A stretch of 64,000 nt of DNA from NCBI GenBank assembly GCA_051294375.1, contig JBJCIZ010000239.1, forward strand, positions 5,161,141-5,225,140. Reading direction: 5' to 3'. Below are positions 37,966 to 51,600 of this stretch, one piece after another. The position numbers and the translations under genes were made by a program. Position 1 is the first letter of the stretch. Each line of letters begins with the position of its first letter. This stretch comes from Paraspadella gotoi. Lineage: Eukaryota; Animalia; Chaetognatha. The notes under the pieces are model-generated. The model had not been told where the DNA came from, did no database searches, and was given only the letters and a program-made list of their open reading frames with translations.

Positions 37966-38690
37966 TCTGGAAATAATTCCATTGGCCCTCTCGATGATCC
38001 ATGCAGAGTTCATTCCAACAGAGAATAAATCACACGAGCTCGCGGTTCCGATGGTCAGAAGGTCGGCGGATCGAGGCGAAATTGGAGGACCTTGTTAACC
38101 GGTCGAGACTCTCTCTCTCTCTNNNNNNNNNNNNNNNNNNNNNNNNNNNTCTCTCTCTCTCTCTCTGTTTTATAAGATCGTGAGAGATTAGCATCAGACT
38201 GATAAGAGCTTATAGTTCGTATTTGAATTTACAAAAAACTTTCTTCAAGCAAAATCCTTGATTAGTTTATCAAAAAATTAAAATTTAAGCAGGANNNNNN
38301 NNNNNNNNNNNNNNNNNNNCTCTGGGAAATAATTCCATAGTGCCCTCTCGGACTGATACCAGTGCGAGACTTCATATCCAACAGAGAATATAATGCACAA
38401 CGAGCGTGCGGTTCCGGCAATCGAGTCAGTAAGGTCGGCGGATTGCGAGGCCGAAATTCTGGAGGACCTTCGTTAACCGGTCGAGGAGACTCTCTCTCTC
38501 CTTCTCTTCTCTCTCTGCTCTCCTTTCTTTTTTTTCTTTCCCTCATCCCTGTCTAAGATCGTCGTAGAAGTATTAGCATCAGACGAATAAGGAAGCTTAT
38601 AGGTTTCGCTATTCGAATTTCACAAAAAAAACTTTCTTCAAGGCCAAAATCCTTGATTAGGTTTTATTCAAAAAATTAAAATTAAGCGAA
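37966..38690 (+). repeat. Tandem duplication (37966-38294 clean; 38320-38690 insertion-rich) separated by a 25-N gap
   Basis: Both copies start 'tctgg(g)aaataattccat' and run through 'ggaggacctt(c)gttaaccggtcgag' to 'aaaaaattaaaatt(t)aagc'. Confidence 0.92.
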
Positions 38691-39186
38691 GCCGAACTTT
38701 TGTATTTAATTAACAATTGATAAGCAACACAAGCAGCCTTGAGTTTACTTGGAATGAACAGCAGTGAGAGCAGAGAGAGACGAGACGAGAGGAACGAGAT
38801 GAGAAGAGACGACGAGAGAGACGACGTAGAGAGAGATGAGAGACGATGGAGAGAGCGAGCGAAGGAGAAAATCGACTGGCTGTGTTCCGGCGCTCAACCT
38901 CTGCCATTTCTGAAACAGATTATGATGAAAGGGCACAAAAAAAAAAAAAAGGAAAAGAGAAATGAGGACGAGGAGATGAAGAAAGGAGACGGACCAGAGA
39001 GGGGAGAGAGAGACGATAAGAGAGGCAGAAGAGAGAGCGACGAGAGAGAGCGAAGAGAGCAGCTGAAGAAAGAGAGAGGAAAATATCCCCAAGATCCGGG
39101 GAAGAAAATCGCTTCATATCCAACCCTTCTGTCTCATCGAATAAAAGTGGATGCCGACGTTTCTGGGTTTTAAGGAAGGGGAGGGG

Positions 39187-39312
39187 AGGGTTCAAAGGTC
39201 TAATGGTTCTAGGTTTTAAGGATTCAAAATGTTCTAAGGGTTCTAGGGATAAGGGTTTCACAGGTCAAAGCGTTCTCAGGTTCTAAGGTTCAAAAGGTCT
39301 AAGGGTTCAAGC
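39187..39312 (+). repeat. Degenerate ~10 bp tandem repeat (ggttctaagg)
   Basis: Periodic ggtt/ggttc motif. Confidence 0.7.
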
Positions 39313-39337
39313 GGACATCGGGCGCCATTTTGAATCG

Positions 39338-39372
<35 letters not shown>

Positions 39373-39470
39373 TCTCTCGAATAGGAGAAGGGTAGATAGC
39401 GAGCGAACGATAGAAGAAAGAATGATGGAAAAAATTAAAGAAAAAAATAAGGAAGCGGTTGAAACTGGGA

Positions 39471-39592
39471 AAGTTAAAATCAAAACCATTAATTATATCT
39501 TTACTTTTAATAAGTTAAAATCAAAACCATTAATTTTATCTTCAATTTTAATAATTTAAAATCAAAACCATCACTGATATTTTCACTTTTTT
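39471..39592 (+). repeat. 41 bp tandem repeat x3
   Basis: 'aagttaaaatcaaaaccattaatt.tatctt.a.ttttaat' is repeated three times. Confidence 0.85.
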
Positions 39593-40448
39593 CCTTTGTA
39601 GTAGTAAACTAGGAAACAATCTACTAAGTCGCGTACCTTACATAACTTTTCTTTAAAAAAACGTTAGCAAATTGATCTACTGGCAACTGATCTACTTCTC
39701 ATTTACATATTGCAGTAATAAAAAAAAATAAAATATTTTCTAATTTAATAAAATTTTTGAGTAACCGTGTCAAATCATAATCAATATTACTTTTAGAAGT
39801 GTAAAGGAATGATATAGAATTAAAGTTTGAAAGGAAGATCGCATACAACACAATGATATTATATTAATTACTTTACTTATTTTTGTTTTGTTGTCAGTAA
39901 CGGTTTAAATATATTTTTTTGATGGCTCTTTTGAAATGATTTTTTACTCTGTTGCTTGGATACTGTTTATGATTATGTTAATACTGATTTGGTATTAAAT
40001 AAAAAAAAATCTTTGCTCGCGGAGATGGTATAGCTTTTCAGAAGGTATAGTGATACTGATAGTATACCGAGTAAATTAAATTAAAATACTTAAATTCCAA
40101 TAGTAAACTGATAATGCCTGTAGATATTTTAACTATTTTCTATGCCTACGGGGGTCGTGCGTCCGAGGCGTCGGTCGTGGGATAAAATGGCTTTAACATG
40201 GAAAAAGAAGTTATAAATCTCAAAGGGAAGTAAATGACAAATAAATAAATAAAAATATAAATCGTTAATACTAAGTTTAGTCTTGTATAAGTTAACAAAT
40301 AGCGGAATTAATGTCGCGAAGAAAATCTTTGGATTCCGTAAAAACTACGGTTCCATTCGGCCGATATTTTTCACGAGAAACGATTATGATCGAATGAGTG
40401 ACGAGGTTTCCGGTTGAAAGAAAACCACGAGAAAGGGACGAGAACGAT

Positions 40449-40562
40449 GAAAAGACTGGTCAATAAGACTGGTCAAAAAGACTGGTCAAAAAGATTGGTC
40501 AAAAACGGTCAAACTGGTCAAAAAGACTGGTAACGGTCAAAAAGACTACTCGGTCAAAAAGA
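40449..40562 (+). repeat. 13 bp minisatellite (aaaagactggtca)
   Basis: About 8 units are visible. Confidence 0.9.
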
Positions 40563-40865
40563 TCTTTTTCTATCACTATAATTTACAAATTTCTTTCAAA
40601 CTGTAAGGTCGAAACGCGTTCATCAAGTCACATCAGTCTCCCATCAACCTCCCTACTTCCATACTGGCGAATTCCAGTTCCACCCCTCTTTGCCCGATTC
40701 CCCCTTCAACTCCCACCACTCCCCCCCACTGTGTCCTCCCCCCTTCCACCTGTCCCCCCCTCTCCCCCCCCTCTTTCTCGTGACCCCCGACTCCGTAATT
40801 CCACGCGCCCTCACGCGGGCGTCAATCAAACTCGTCATAAATCTCCGTCCACGCGCGTACGATGC

Positions 40866-40911
<46 letters not shown>

Positions 40912-41050
40912 CATCTCTCTCTCTCTTCTCTCAGTGCTCTGGAGGATTTGCGTGCGAGGGATAGGTGTGAGCGCGACTTGCGTGTGCGGATAGTTGTTGT
41001 TGTCGTTCGTCGATTGTTGTTGTCGTCGTTCCTCTCCTCGGTAAACTGGT

Positions 41051-42110
41051 TATTAGACGTTAAAAATAAACAAAAGTATAACAAATCAAGTGAGGTACAT
41101 AGCATTTTAGTGTAATGTATAATAGTCTGTAGAATTCGGGTTGATGACCATTTTTTTGTAGTAATATTTTTCTTGTCCCGGAAATGACGGTTTTAATGTA
41201 TATAAATTAATAAAACCATTAATAAGTTATGGATAAAATCAAATTTATCTCAAAGTTTTATAAAATTTATATGAGCTTTGAAATATAAAAAATAAAGATT
41301 AGTTAAAAATATTTTGGGTAAGGTATTTCTAAATTTTATTTTTAAAAAAAGTTATGTTAACTCATATTCATTAAAAAAATATTTATGAGTGTAAAAATTG
41401 GCGCTAAAGTTAAAAAATAATATTTTTCAAAATTTTTTTTCAGTGGATTTGCATTCTTTTGCAAAAGAGTGATATGGAATAACGTATAGATTATATTTTT
41501 ATTGCATCAACAATTATGTCATTAAGTTGGTCAAAACGTTCCAGAAAAAACGTATTATAATTTTAAGCCCAAAATTGAAAAAATTAAACCAAAATAATAG
41601 TTCGTTTAATATTTTAACCTACTTAATAAAAAGAATTTTTAAAGATGGATATATTTTCTTATATCAACTTTTTTGTAAGTGAATTCAAAATCTGGTTTTA
41701 AAATTTTAAATTTTTTATTTTTTCACTTTAGCTATTTTTTATTATTATTTATAATGAAAAATATAGCTAACAAACTATTAATTACAATATAGAATTGAAA
41801 TAAACTTACCAAAATATTTATATGGGGTGGGGGGCTTTTTCCTTTATTTTCAATATTTATGTGAAGTTTAAATATGGCTTTATAAAATTTTTATAATTTG
41901 AGTTTCTGTATTACTCTACAATGTTTGCTCCATTTTTTAATTAGCACCTATATATGCTCAAAAATCGCCATTTTCGACAAAGAAGATGAAGGACTATACA
42001 AAAAAGATGGTTATCATTCATCGAATTCTGCAGGACTTATTACACTAATATAGCTATGTACCTCACTGATTTGTTCTATATTTCGTCTATTTGTTTCAAA
42101 CGCCCTACTG
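41051..42110. mobile_element. ~1.06 kb non-autonomous foldback/MITE-like element with long imperfect TIRs
   Basis: Left 'aacaaatcaagtgaggtacatagcattttagtgtaat...tagaattcgggttgatgaccattttt' pairs with right 'aaaaagatggttatcattcatcgaattctgc...attacactaatatagctatgtacctcactgatttgtt'. The interior is AT-rich with no ORF. Confidence 0.8.
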
Positions 42111-42142
42111 GTTATAGTATTCAAAGATTCGCGTCTGACTTT

Positions 42143-42395
42143 AATAATAATAATAATAATAATAATAATATAATAATAATAATAATACAGTAATAATAAT
42201 AATAATAACTAATAATTAATAATGACAAAATAATCAATAATAATAAATTAATAATAATAATAATAATAATAACAGATCTAATATAACAAATAATAATTAA
42301 TACATAATAATTAATAATATAATAATAATATTATAATAATAATAATAATAATAATAATATAATAATAATAATAATAATAATATAATAACAACAAC
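42143..42395 (+). repeat. (AAT)n microsatellite
   Basis: Read directly from the sequence. Confidence 0.95.
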
Positions 42396-42775
42396 ATAAA
42401 TTGGGCTTTTTATACAGTATCTCTGAGTTAAAAAGTAACAATTGCTAGTTTTCTCACTATCCCAATGAAAAAGGAATTTTATCGATCTGGGATGGCTAAT
42501 CGAATAGCATGGATCATAGTGGAGGGTTAACCTCGGGCTCGAATCTATAATTTTATCAACGTCTTTTAAGAGTTAATGTCTAAACTATACGACAAATAAA
42601 CTGATGTCAGTTGGGGTTCGTTCTCCGGACGAGTAAGATGTTTCATCCAAAAGCTTACGATGTTACCGACTGCGCCAAGTGAGGAACTCTTCTTTTAGAG
42701 GAAGGGCGACGTGAAAAATCGGGGGGCAAATATCTTTTTTCGGTTGGGAGTTAAACCAGAAACGAAGGGTTAATA

Positions 42776-42876
42776 AATGAATGAATGAATGAATGAATGA
42801 ATGAATGAATGAATGAATGAATGAATGAATGAATGAATGAATGAATGAATGAATGAATGAATGAATGAATGAATGA
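42776..42876 (+). repeat. (GAAT)n perfect microsatellite
   Basis: Read directly from the sequence. Confidence 0.95.
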
Positions 42877-43125
42877 AGCCTTAACCCTGTCAGTCGGCAA
42901 GATAGCCTAGTATTTATAAAATGAATAACTATTATTAGTAAGATACAGACGGCGGTACCATACATAACGTTATCTTTTTGAATTTTCATAAATAATAATA
43001 ATGATAGTAATAATAGATGGTCGAGAATATCAAGATAAAGATAAGTATTTAGCTCTTCTCTTCTTTCACGTTTCTTTCTTTACTTTTATCATTTAAGACT
43101 CCCCGAAGAAAAACGATACTTCATC

Positions 43126-43178
<53 letters not shown>

Positions 43179-43377
43179 TCTCTATCTCTCTTCCACTCCC
43201 ATTTCTTTATTTCCTTTTTATGCAATCTCCCTCTTTCTTCTCTTTCCCTGTCTGTCCAGAAAAAAAACAAGCAAGCATCTCGCGATTCTGTCAAATTGTT
43301 TGTCTTCATTAAAAAGCAAAACTCTTCCCTCTCTTCGCATTTTTGGATCTACTCTCTCTTCGTCAGATCTTCTTCTC

Positions 43378-43423
<46 letters not shown>

Positions 43424-44164
43424 TCTCTCTTCTCTCTCTCTTCTATTTTCGCTCTTCGCTCTCTATCCTCACTTTTCGTTCTCGGTCTCTCTCGTTTTTT
43501 TCCTCCCGCACGACTGCTTTTCGATATTTTCTTTTTTTTTTAGGGTCTTTATTTAACAATAAAGACTTTTTATTCTTGACTCAATCACTCTCAAATCAAT
43601 CAATCAATCAATACAAATCAATCATATTTTTGTTTAATCGAAATATTCAACATTACCTTTACCAAAACTTTGTATTTTTCCGTCATCCCACCAGCTCCTT
43701 CTCTCACGCATTGATAACCATCCCGATATCTATCCATTTCTCCAGTCCCCGCCTGTTTTTTTGCCTCTGGCGTCGCGCTCCACGGCTTTCCCCATTTTAA
43801 GGTTAAACACGCCCCTCCGCGCCGCCCAACGATGATTAAGCAAGTCCCCCTTTTTGTTTGCTTCAGCCCAATTAACGATCCAAAATTCGTTATTGTCTGT
43901 CGTTACTGTACAAAAGGGTTAGAGGGAGAATGGGCCGATTAATGAGAGGGTGAGAATGAGGCAGAGAAGAGAGAGAGAGAGAAGAGAGAGAGGAAGAGAG
44001 AGAGAAGAGGGAGCAGACGGGAACGAGGTGAGGAGATGACGGAGAGGATGAGAGATGAGACGAGAGAGAGAGAGGAGAGGTAACAATTTCTGTTAAGTGC
44101 TTTTTTTGGAAATTGTGATGTTTGAAGTCCAGAGGTACAATGTTATTCGAATTAAATCACCACA

Positions 44165-44330
44165 ACCGATATAAAAATCATTAATTCATTAAATAAACAA
44201 ACTACCCTGCCCCTGACTTTGAACAGGATACGTTAAGGTCTCCATCCCTCCTACAAGATAATAACATAGCAAGATTCTGAAAGCTAACAATCTCTTTGTC
44301 TCTACCAGAGTACTTATCTGGCTTTTCTTT
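44165..44330 (+). mobile_element. Diverged partial copy of the 31722-32030 MITE
   Basis: 'tgcccctgactttgaacagg...ttaaggtctccatc.ctc.tacaagataataacatagca' matches 31781-31850. Confidence 0.75.
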
Positions 44331-44459
44331 CGAAGAAGGAGAAAAAAATATGCTACCGTATTTAGTCTCTCGGTCAGTCAGTCTGTCTGTCAGTCTGTCA
44401 GCGATGGAGAGACGAAGCGAGAGACCGAGAGATAGACAGTACCGCTGGATATAGCCCCC

Positions 44460-47400
44460 GCTTGGTTTCAAGTATCTATTTACCTCCTTAAACTATATAT
44501 GCGTCTTCCTCTCATTCGTCACTTGATCGAATTCTCATTCAAATTCCCCCGCCCTCCGATGGGACCAACGAGTTACGACCTCCAGATCTGTATCGATCGA
44601 TCTCGCTCGTCTGACTTGGGTCACACTCGTTGATGCAATGATCCGTTTCACTTCATTGGACCAAATGTCTTTTCCTTTAAGATCAAGCTCTACCCGTTGA
44701 CCCCGTTGGACTTTCGTAATTCCATAATTCTTCGTTAACACCGCACTTGTTATAATGTACATTTATGTTTGCTTTGATGAAATTAATTACATTATTTTGG
44801 GTTGAAAATTAATCGGGATTTAATAATGTCTTGTGCGTATTGCGAGTTAGCCTTTAACACCCGCTCTTTCACTTAAACCGTACTTAAATTTTTTGAACTA
44901 GCGGATCATGCATAAAACGGTCGTGTGTCTTCAATAGAACCCCGATTAGATTTTTAATAAAAATTAATTAAACTCAACTCCATCGAGGAACAAGAAAAAA
45001 CTTATAAATAACCAATAACAACCAAAAAAAAAACCTTTCGTTATTATATCAAAAGAAGAAAAAGTTCCTTCGGAGCGAAAAAATCAGCGGATTCAACGAA
45101 ACGCGCCGTTCCGAGCTCGCCGTTTTAATGCTGAGACGACGAGAAAGAGAGAGAGAGACGGAGAGAGGGAGGAGGAGAGATCGGAGAGAGACGACGAGAT
45201 GAGAGACGAAGTGAAGATGGAGATGAAGACGAAGAGAGAGAGATCAGAGAAGCATCAGAGAGGGTGCCTCTTTCTCTATCTCATTTCAGTATCCCTTCCA
45301 TTGAAAAGTTCATGTATCACGGCCAGAGCCCACGAGACGGACCTATTCGCCCTCCGGCTCTCGCCACGGGGCGGTGGCCGTGCAAGGGGCGAAGTGCGCT
45401 GGGCGGGGGGAGGAGGAAGCTTTGAAGAAAGAAAAGGAAAGTTGTGCGACGAGCCCGAATAAACGAAGAGAGGACGAGAGGCCCCTGAGAGGGAGCTGAG
45501 AGAGTGACCGATCGACGAGGAGAGAGGAAGATGATTGCTAGACACGAGAAGACGCTGCTGGGGAATTGAGATGTTTAAGAAAAAAAGGGACATACACTCC
45601 GAGATTGTCCGTTAGATACATCTTCGCTCTTTATATCCAGCGATAAAGTGTGGACAGAGTGTGAGAGAGAGAGGGGAGAGGGAGAGACGGGAAGAGAGAG
45701 TCGGAGACGAAGCCGACGCACGAGAAGATGAGAGGAGAGGAGAGAAGATGAGAGGAAGAGAGAGAAGATCGAGAGAGAAGCAGATCGGGAGAGAGAGAGA
45801 AAGGACACAAAAGAAAGGACTTGCGTGCAGACGGACCACGGACGGCACGTACGGTACAAGCGGCTTCGCCGTTGGCTAGTCACGCCTAGGATCGGATCTG
45901 TGGAGCGGCCATTTCTGTCAAAGCGAATGATCAACTCGCCCTGATGGAGGAACGGCATACGACGCGACGCGACGACGGACGACGACTTGACGACGATGAC
46001 AGATGAACGACGACGTCGTATGTTCAGCCGAAGGTTGATAAGGAGATTCCGTCGAGGTTTTTTAAGGATTACAGAGGGTCTGGAACTGGTCGTGAGTGGT
46101 ATGCCGTGAGTTTTGGAAAAAAACGGACGCAAAAGATAGGTTGATAAATATATGGTCGGGTCTAGATATGGTCGGTAAAATGGATCGCTTACGACCGCGA
46201 AGGCGGATACTGAGCGGCGTGGTAATAAGGTGGTTGGGTTATTCATGGTGTTAATATCGATTTATATAATTTAATCCGCTCCGATTCAACGGACCAAATA
46301 AAAATGGCTTCCAAAAAGTCTCTAGTGCGTTAGTACAATGTTATGAAAAATATTAAACTTTCTTAAACCATAAACAACTTTCTTTTTTAAAAAAATATTT
46401 TACAGCTTGCTTAGTTAATATCGAAAAAAAATCTATAAATTTAGAAGAGAGAATTGGGTAAGTTGTTTCTTTTTGTTTTTGTTTTTGTAGATTGCTTGTG
46501 ATTTAAGTTTCATGTGCGATTGCGTGATTCGATTAGAGAACGACACGTTCTAGTGGAATGTGATGTGTCGAAACCTTTTTGGAAAATTGGAGAAAGCTGA
46601 GACATGAACAAATGCAGATAGACTGAGACGAGGAGAGGGAATAGGAGAAATAGACAGAAGACGACGATGTAAGACGACGATGAAGTTACCGAACGATCGA
46701 GAAAACGACTGGGCCGGAACACAATCGATTAAACGAGGCAACGCATTTGTCATTTTCGGGTTGTTCCCATGGACGACCCATATATATATATATAGTCTCA
46801 CATTTTCCGCTCCGTCCTTCGGTTGATCTTCACTTTTTTCTTCTTTTTCCTTTCCATTTATTTACGAGAACTCGGAGGACAAAAAATTGGTAGGGAAGAC
46901 AGGAAAGAAATAAAAAAAGTCGGAAGAAAGGGAAGATATCAATTCTGCTTAGTCCGAATGTTTAAAATTAGGATAAAATAAACACATCGAGGAATAAATA
47001 AATTGCCAACGTAATAAGAATATAAAATATCAGTCAAAATTAAAAGAATAATGAAAACAACCTAAAAAACAAAAAATAGCTAAAAAGCCTTAGCAACAAC
47101 ATCGAGAATAGAAATTATGCGATCGACATAACTTTAATAAAGACAAATTAAATTAAGAAAAAAGTGGAACTGATCGCATTTTGTAGATAAAGGTTATAAA
47201 ATAACATTTAACCGTTCGGAAGATATGGTATATTATATATTTTAGTTAATGCTCCGAGACAATCAGAGGTTAAGAAAATTGTGAAGGAAATCAAACTAGA
47301 ACAATATTACAGACGCATGCACTGCTTCACCACTTGGTTTCACTTTTTTAAGTAACAAAAATGCTGATCACGACCAACTTATCTTAACCAGGCCAAGACT

Positions 47401-47522
47401 GATACCACCCAACGCCTGAACCACCTAAGCTGAACCACCCTGGCTTAGGCTTCGAGCAAAGTACGCGTTAACTGGTAACCAGATTTATCGAGCGAAATCA
47501 GTTCGCCGAATGTCTCTCTCTC

Positions 47523-47568
<46 letters not shown>

Positions 47569-47600
47569 TCTCTCTACTCTCTCCCATCTCTCTCTCTCTC
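44460..47600 (+). repeat. Left arm of ~7 kb palindrome (noisy, gap-free)
   Basis: Reverse-complement match to 47720-51600 (e.g. 44835-44895 vs 51095-51160; 45285-45345 vs 50670-50740; 47428-47520 vs 47720-47808). Confidence 0.92.
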
Positions 47601-47719
47601 TTCTCAAATTTTCATCGAAAGTCTCTCTCAAGCCCAGAGAAACTCTCTAGGTACAATCTCACCGTGTCTCTTGTCTCAGGGACAGAAAGACGCCNNNNNN
47701 NNNNNNNNNNNNNNNNNNN

Positions 47720-49142
47720 GAGAGAGAGAGAGACATTCGGCGGAACTGATTCGCCGATAAATCTGGTCCAGTTAACGTCTTTCCCGCTAAGCCAGGGGTG
47801 GTTCAGCTNNNNNNNNNNNNNNNNNNNNNNNNNNNNNNNNNNNNNNNNNNNNNNNNNNNNNNNNNNNNNNNNNNNNNNNNNNNNNNNNNNNNNNNNNNNN
47901 NNNNNNNNNNNNNNNNNNNNNNNNNNNNNNNNNNNNNNNNNNNNNNNNNNNNNNNNNNNNNNNNNNNNNNNNNNNNNNNNNNNNNNNNNNNNNNNNNNNN
48001 NNNNNNNNNNNNNNNNNNNNNNNNNNNNNNNNNNNNNNNNNNNNNNNNNNNNNNNNNNNNNNNNNNNNNCTGTATTATTTTCTATTTTGATTTCTCACAA
48101 TTTTCTTAATTCATTCTTCGGCATTAACAAAATGTTTATTTATATGTATAATTGTATATATACATATTTCAACCGTTTTATTTTTAACTTTATCTACAAA
48201 TCATCAGTTTCACTTTTTTTCTTGAGTAATTTTCTTTATTAGTTATCATGCATAATTTACTATTCTCATTTTTTGCTAGAACTTGTTTCGCTATTTTTGT
48301 TTTTTAGTTTTGTTTATTATCTTTTATTTACTGATTTTAATTCTTATTACGTTTCAATAAAAAGAAAATTACAATTTCAAATTTTAAACATACGGACTAC
48401 AAATGATTCTCTTCTTTCCTCCACTTTTTTTATTTCTTTCCTTCTTCCTTCATTTTTTGTCCTCGATTCTCGTAAATAATGAAAGAAAAAAAAGAAGAAA
48501 AAAGTGAAGATCAACCGACGGAGGAAAATGTGAGACGTGAAAAGGGGAAATCGGTCGTCATGACAACCGAATGACAAATCGTCCTCGTTCGTCGTCGTTT
48601 TCGTCGTTCGTCTTCATCGTCGTCTTCATCGTCGTCTTCTTTCCTCCTTTCCCTCCTCGTCTCTCCATTGTTCATTCTCCTTTCCAATTTTCAAGGTTTC
48701 CACACACATTCCCCTAACGTGTCGTTCTCTATCAATCGCCACATAAACTTAAATCTACAGCAATCTACAAAAACAAGAACAAAAAGAAACAACTTACCCA
48801 ATTCTCTTTCTAAAATTTATAGATTTTTTTCGATATTAACTAAGCAATGTAAAATATTTTTTTTTTAAAGAAATTGTTGGGTTAAAGTTTAATATTTTTC
48901 ATAACATTGTACTAACCACACTTTTTGGAGCCATTTTTTGTCCGTTGCATCGAGCAATTAATATAAATGATATTAACACCATAATAACCACCTTATTACC
49001 ACCATTTTACGACCATTTTACCACCATTTTATCACCATTTTGCCTCCGTTTTTCAAACTCACCATCCACTCACCCATCCAACCCTCGTATCTTAAACCCA
49101 CGGAATCTCCTTTCACCTTCCGGTGACATAACGTCGTCGTCA

Positions 49143-49188
<46 letters not shown>

Positions 49189-51600
49189 TCGTCCTCCATC
49201 GGCGTTTGACATTCGCTTTGACAAATGGCGTCCACGATCCGTCCTACGTGACACCGCGAAGCCGCTTGTCCGTACGTCCGGTCCGTGTCCGTCCACGAGT
49301 CCTTCCTTTTTCCTTNNNNNNNNNNNNNNNNNNNNNNNNNNNNNNNNNNNNNNNNNNNNNNNNNNNNNNNNNNNNNNNNNNNNNNNNNNNNNNNNNNNNN
49401 NNNNNNNNNNNNNNNNNNNNNNNNNNNNNNNNNNNNNNNNNNNNNNNNNNNNNNNNNNNNNNNNNNNNNNNNNNNNNNNNNNNNNNNNNNNNNNNNNNNN
49501 NNNNNNNNNNNNNNNNNNNNNNNNNNNNNNNNNNNNNNNNNNNNNNNNNNNNNNNNNNNNNNNNNNNNNNNNNNNNNNNNNNNNNNNNNNNNNNNNNNNN
49601 NNNNNNNNNNNNNNNNNNNNNNNNNNNNNNNNNNNNNNNNNNNNNNNNNNNNNNNNNNNNNNNNNNNNNNNNNNNNNNNNNNNNNNNNNNNNNNNNNNNN
49701 NNNNNNNNNNNNNNNNNNNNNNNNNNNNNNNNNNNNNNNNNNNNNNNNNNNNNNNNNNNNNNNNNNNNNNNNNNNNNNNNNNNNNNNNNNNNNNNNNNNN
49801 NNNNNNNNNNNNNNNNNNNNNNNNNNNNNNNNNNNNNNNNNNNNNNNNNNNNNNNNNNNNNNNNNNNNNNNNNNNNNNNNNNNNNNNNNNNNNNNNNNNN
49901 NNNNNNNNNNNNNNNNNNNNNNNNNNNNNNNNNNNNNNNNNNNNNNNNNNNNNNNNNNNNNNNNNNNNNNNNNNNNNNNNNNNNNNNNNNNNNNNNNNNN
50001 NNNNNNNNNNNNNNNNNNNNNNNNNNNNNNNNNNNNNNNNNNNNNNNNNNNNNNNNNNNNNNNNNNNNNNNNNNNNNNNNNNNNNNNNNNNNNNNNNNNN
50101 NNNNNNNNNNNNNNNNNNNNNNNNNNNNNNNNNNNNNNNNNNNNNNNNNNNNNNNNNNNNNNNNNNNNNNNNNNNNNNNNNNNNNNNNNNNNNNNNNNNN
50201 NNNNNNNNNNNNNNNNNNNNNNNNNNNNNNNNNNNNNNNNNNNNNNNNNNNNNNNNNNNNNNNNNNNNNNNNNNNNNNNNNNNNNNNNNNNNNNNNNNNN
50301 NNNNNNNNNNNNNNTCCTTTTCTCTCCTCTCTTCTCTCTCTCTCTCTCTCTCTTCTTCTCTGCTCTCTCTCTCTCTCTCTCTCATCTCTCTCTCTTCTCT
50401 CTCTCTCTCTCTCTTTTTCCTGGATAAAAAAGCGAGATGTATCACGGGACAACTCGGTGTAGTCCCCTTTTTTTTCTTACTTCTCTATTCCCGCCTCTCT
50501 CTCTCTCTCTCTCCTATTTTCTTCTCTCTATTTCTCTCTCTCTCTCTCTCGTCTCTCTCTTCCCTCTCCCCTCTCTCTCTCTCTCTTTTATTTCGCTCCA
50601 ACTTCCTTTCTTTCGGTTCAACTTTCTCCTTTCCCCCTTCCCCTTTCCCTCTCCGCCCCCCGGAACCCAAAGGTCCGTCTCGTGGGCTCTGGCCGTGATA
50701 CATGACTTTTCAATGGAAGGATACTGAAATGGAGATAGAGAAAGAGGCCCTCTCGTCTCTCTGTCTCTCTTCTCTTCGTCTTCATCTCATCTTCCTCTCT
50801 CTCTCTCGTCGTCTCTCTCGTCTCTCCTCCTCCCTCTCTCCTCTCTCTCTCTCTCTCTCTCGTCGTTTCTCAGCATTAAAACGGCGAGCTCGACGGCGCG
50901 TTTCGTTGAATCCGCTGATTTTCGCTCGAGAACTTTTTCTTACTTTTGTATATAATAGACGAAAGGTTTTTTTTTTTGTTGTTATTGTTATTTATAAGTT
51001 TTTCTTGGTTCCTGCGATGTGAGTTGAGTTTAATTAATTTTATAAAAAATCATAACGGGTTTATGAAGACAGCCGCGTTTATCATATCGCTATTCAAAAA
51101 TTTAAGTACGGTTTAAGTGAAAGACGGGTGTTAAAGGCTAACTTTCAGCAATACGCAAGACATATCGATTAATTTACCCAGTTGATATTTTGACCTCAAA
51201 ATGTAAATTATTCAAAGCAAGATCTAGGAGAATGTTGATAGATGTTTTTTTAGCTTTCTCAATCTCGGGTGTTACGACTAGAATTAGTGAATGACGATGT
51301 CCACAGGGGTGGTCATGATGCGTGGCTCGGAGTCTGATATGATCTAAGGGTAAAGTGAACATTGGTCAGATGAGTGTGTAATTCGGATCTATCATCGATT
51401 TCTCATACCTCCCTCGATTTGTGACTTAATCAGCAGAGCGTAGAGCGATAGTCGAAGAGCATATCTGAGGTCTTGAACGTCGTTGGTTCCAATCGCAGGC
51501 AGGAATTGATGAGATATATTCTGTATCAGTGTGCGAATGAGATGGAAGTACCCTGATTCATAGTTAAGGAGTCTGGTACTCTTATACTTAACCAATTCGT
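47720..51600 (-). repeat. Right arm of ~7 kb palindrome
   Basis: Starts right after a 25-N gap (47695-47719) and contains two sized N gaps. The outer ~400 bp match is very noisy. Confidence 0.92.

Noticed and set aside
47580-47720. PacBio SMRTbell adapter at the palindrome centres
   Set aside because: ATCTCTCTC occurs only as part of (CT)n tracts. The adapter loop (TTTTCCTCCTCCTCCGTTGTTGTTGTT) is not visible here or at 26927-27586, so the fold-back mechanism is not proven.
48945-50462. Longest ORFs (380-505 aa)
   Set aside because: They are open only because they cross the ~1 kb N gap.
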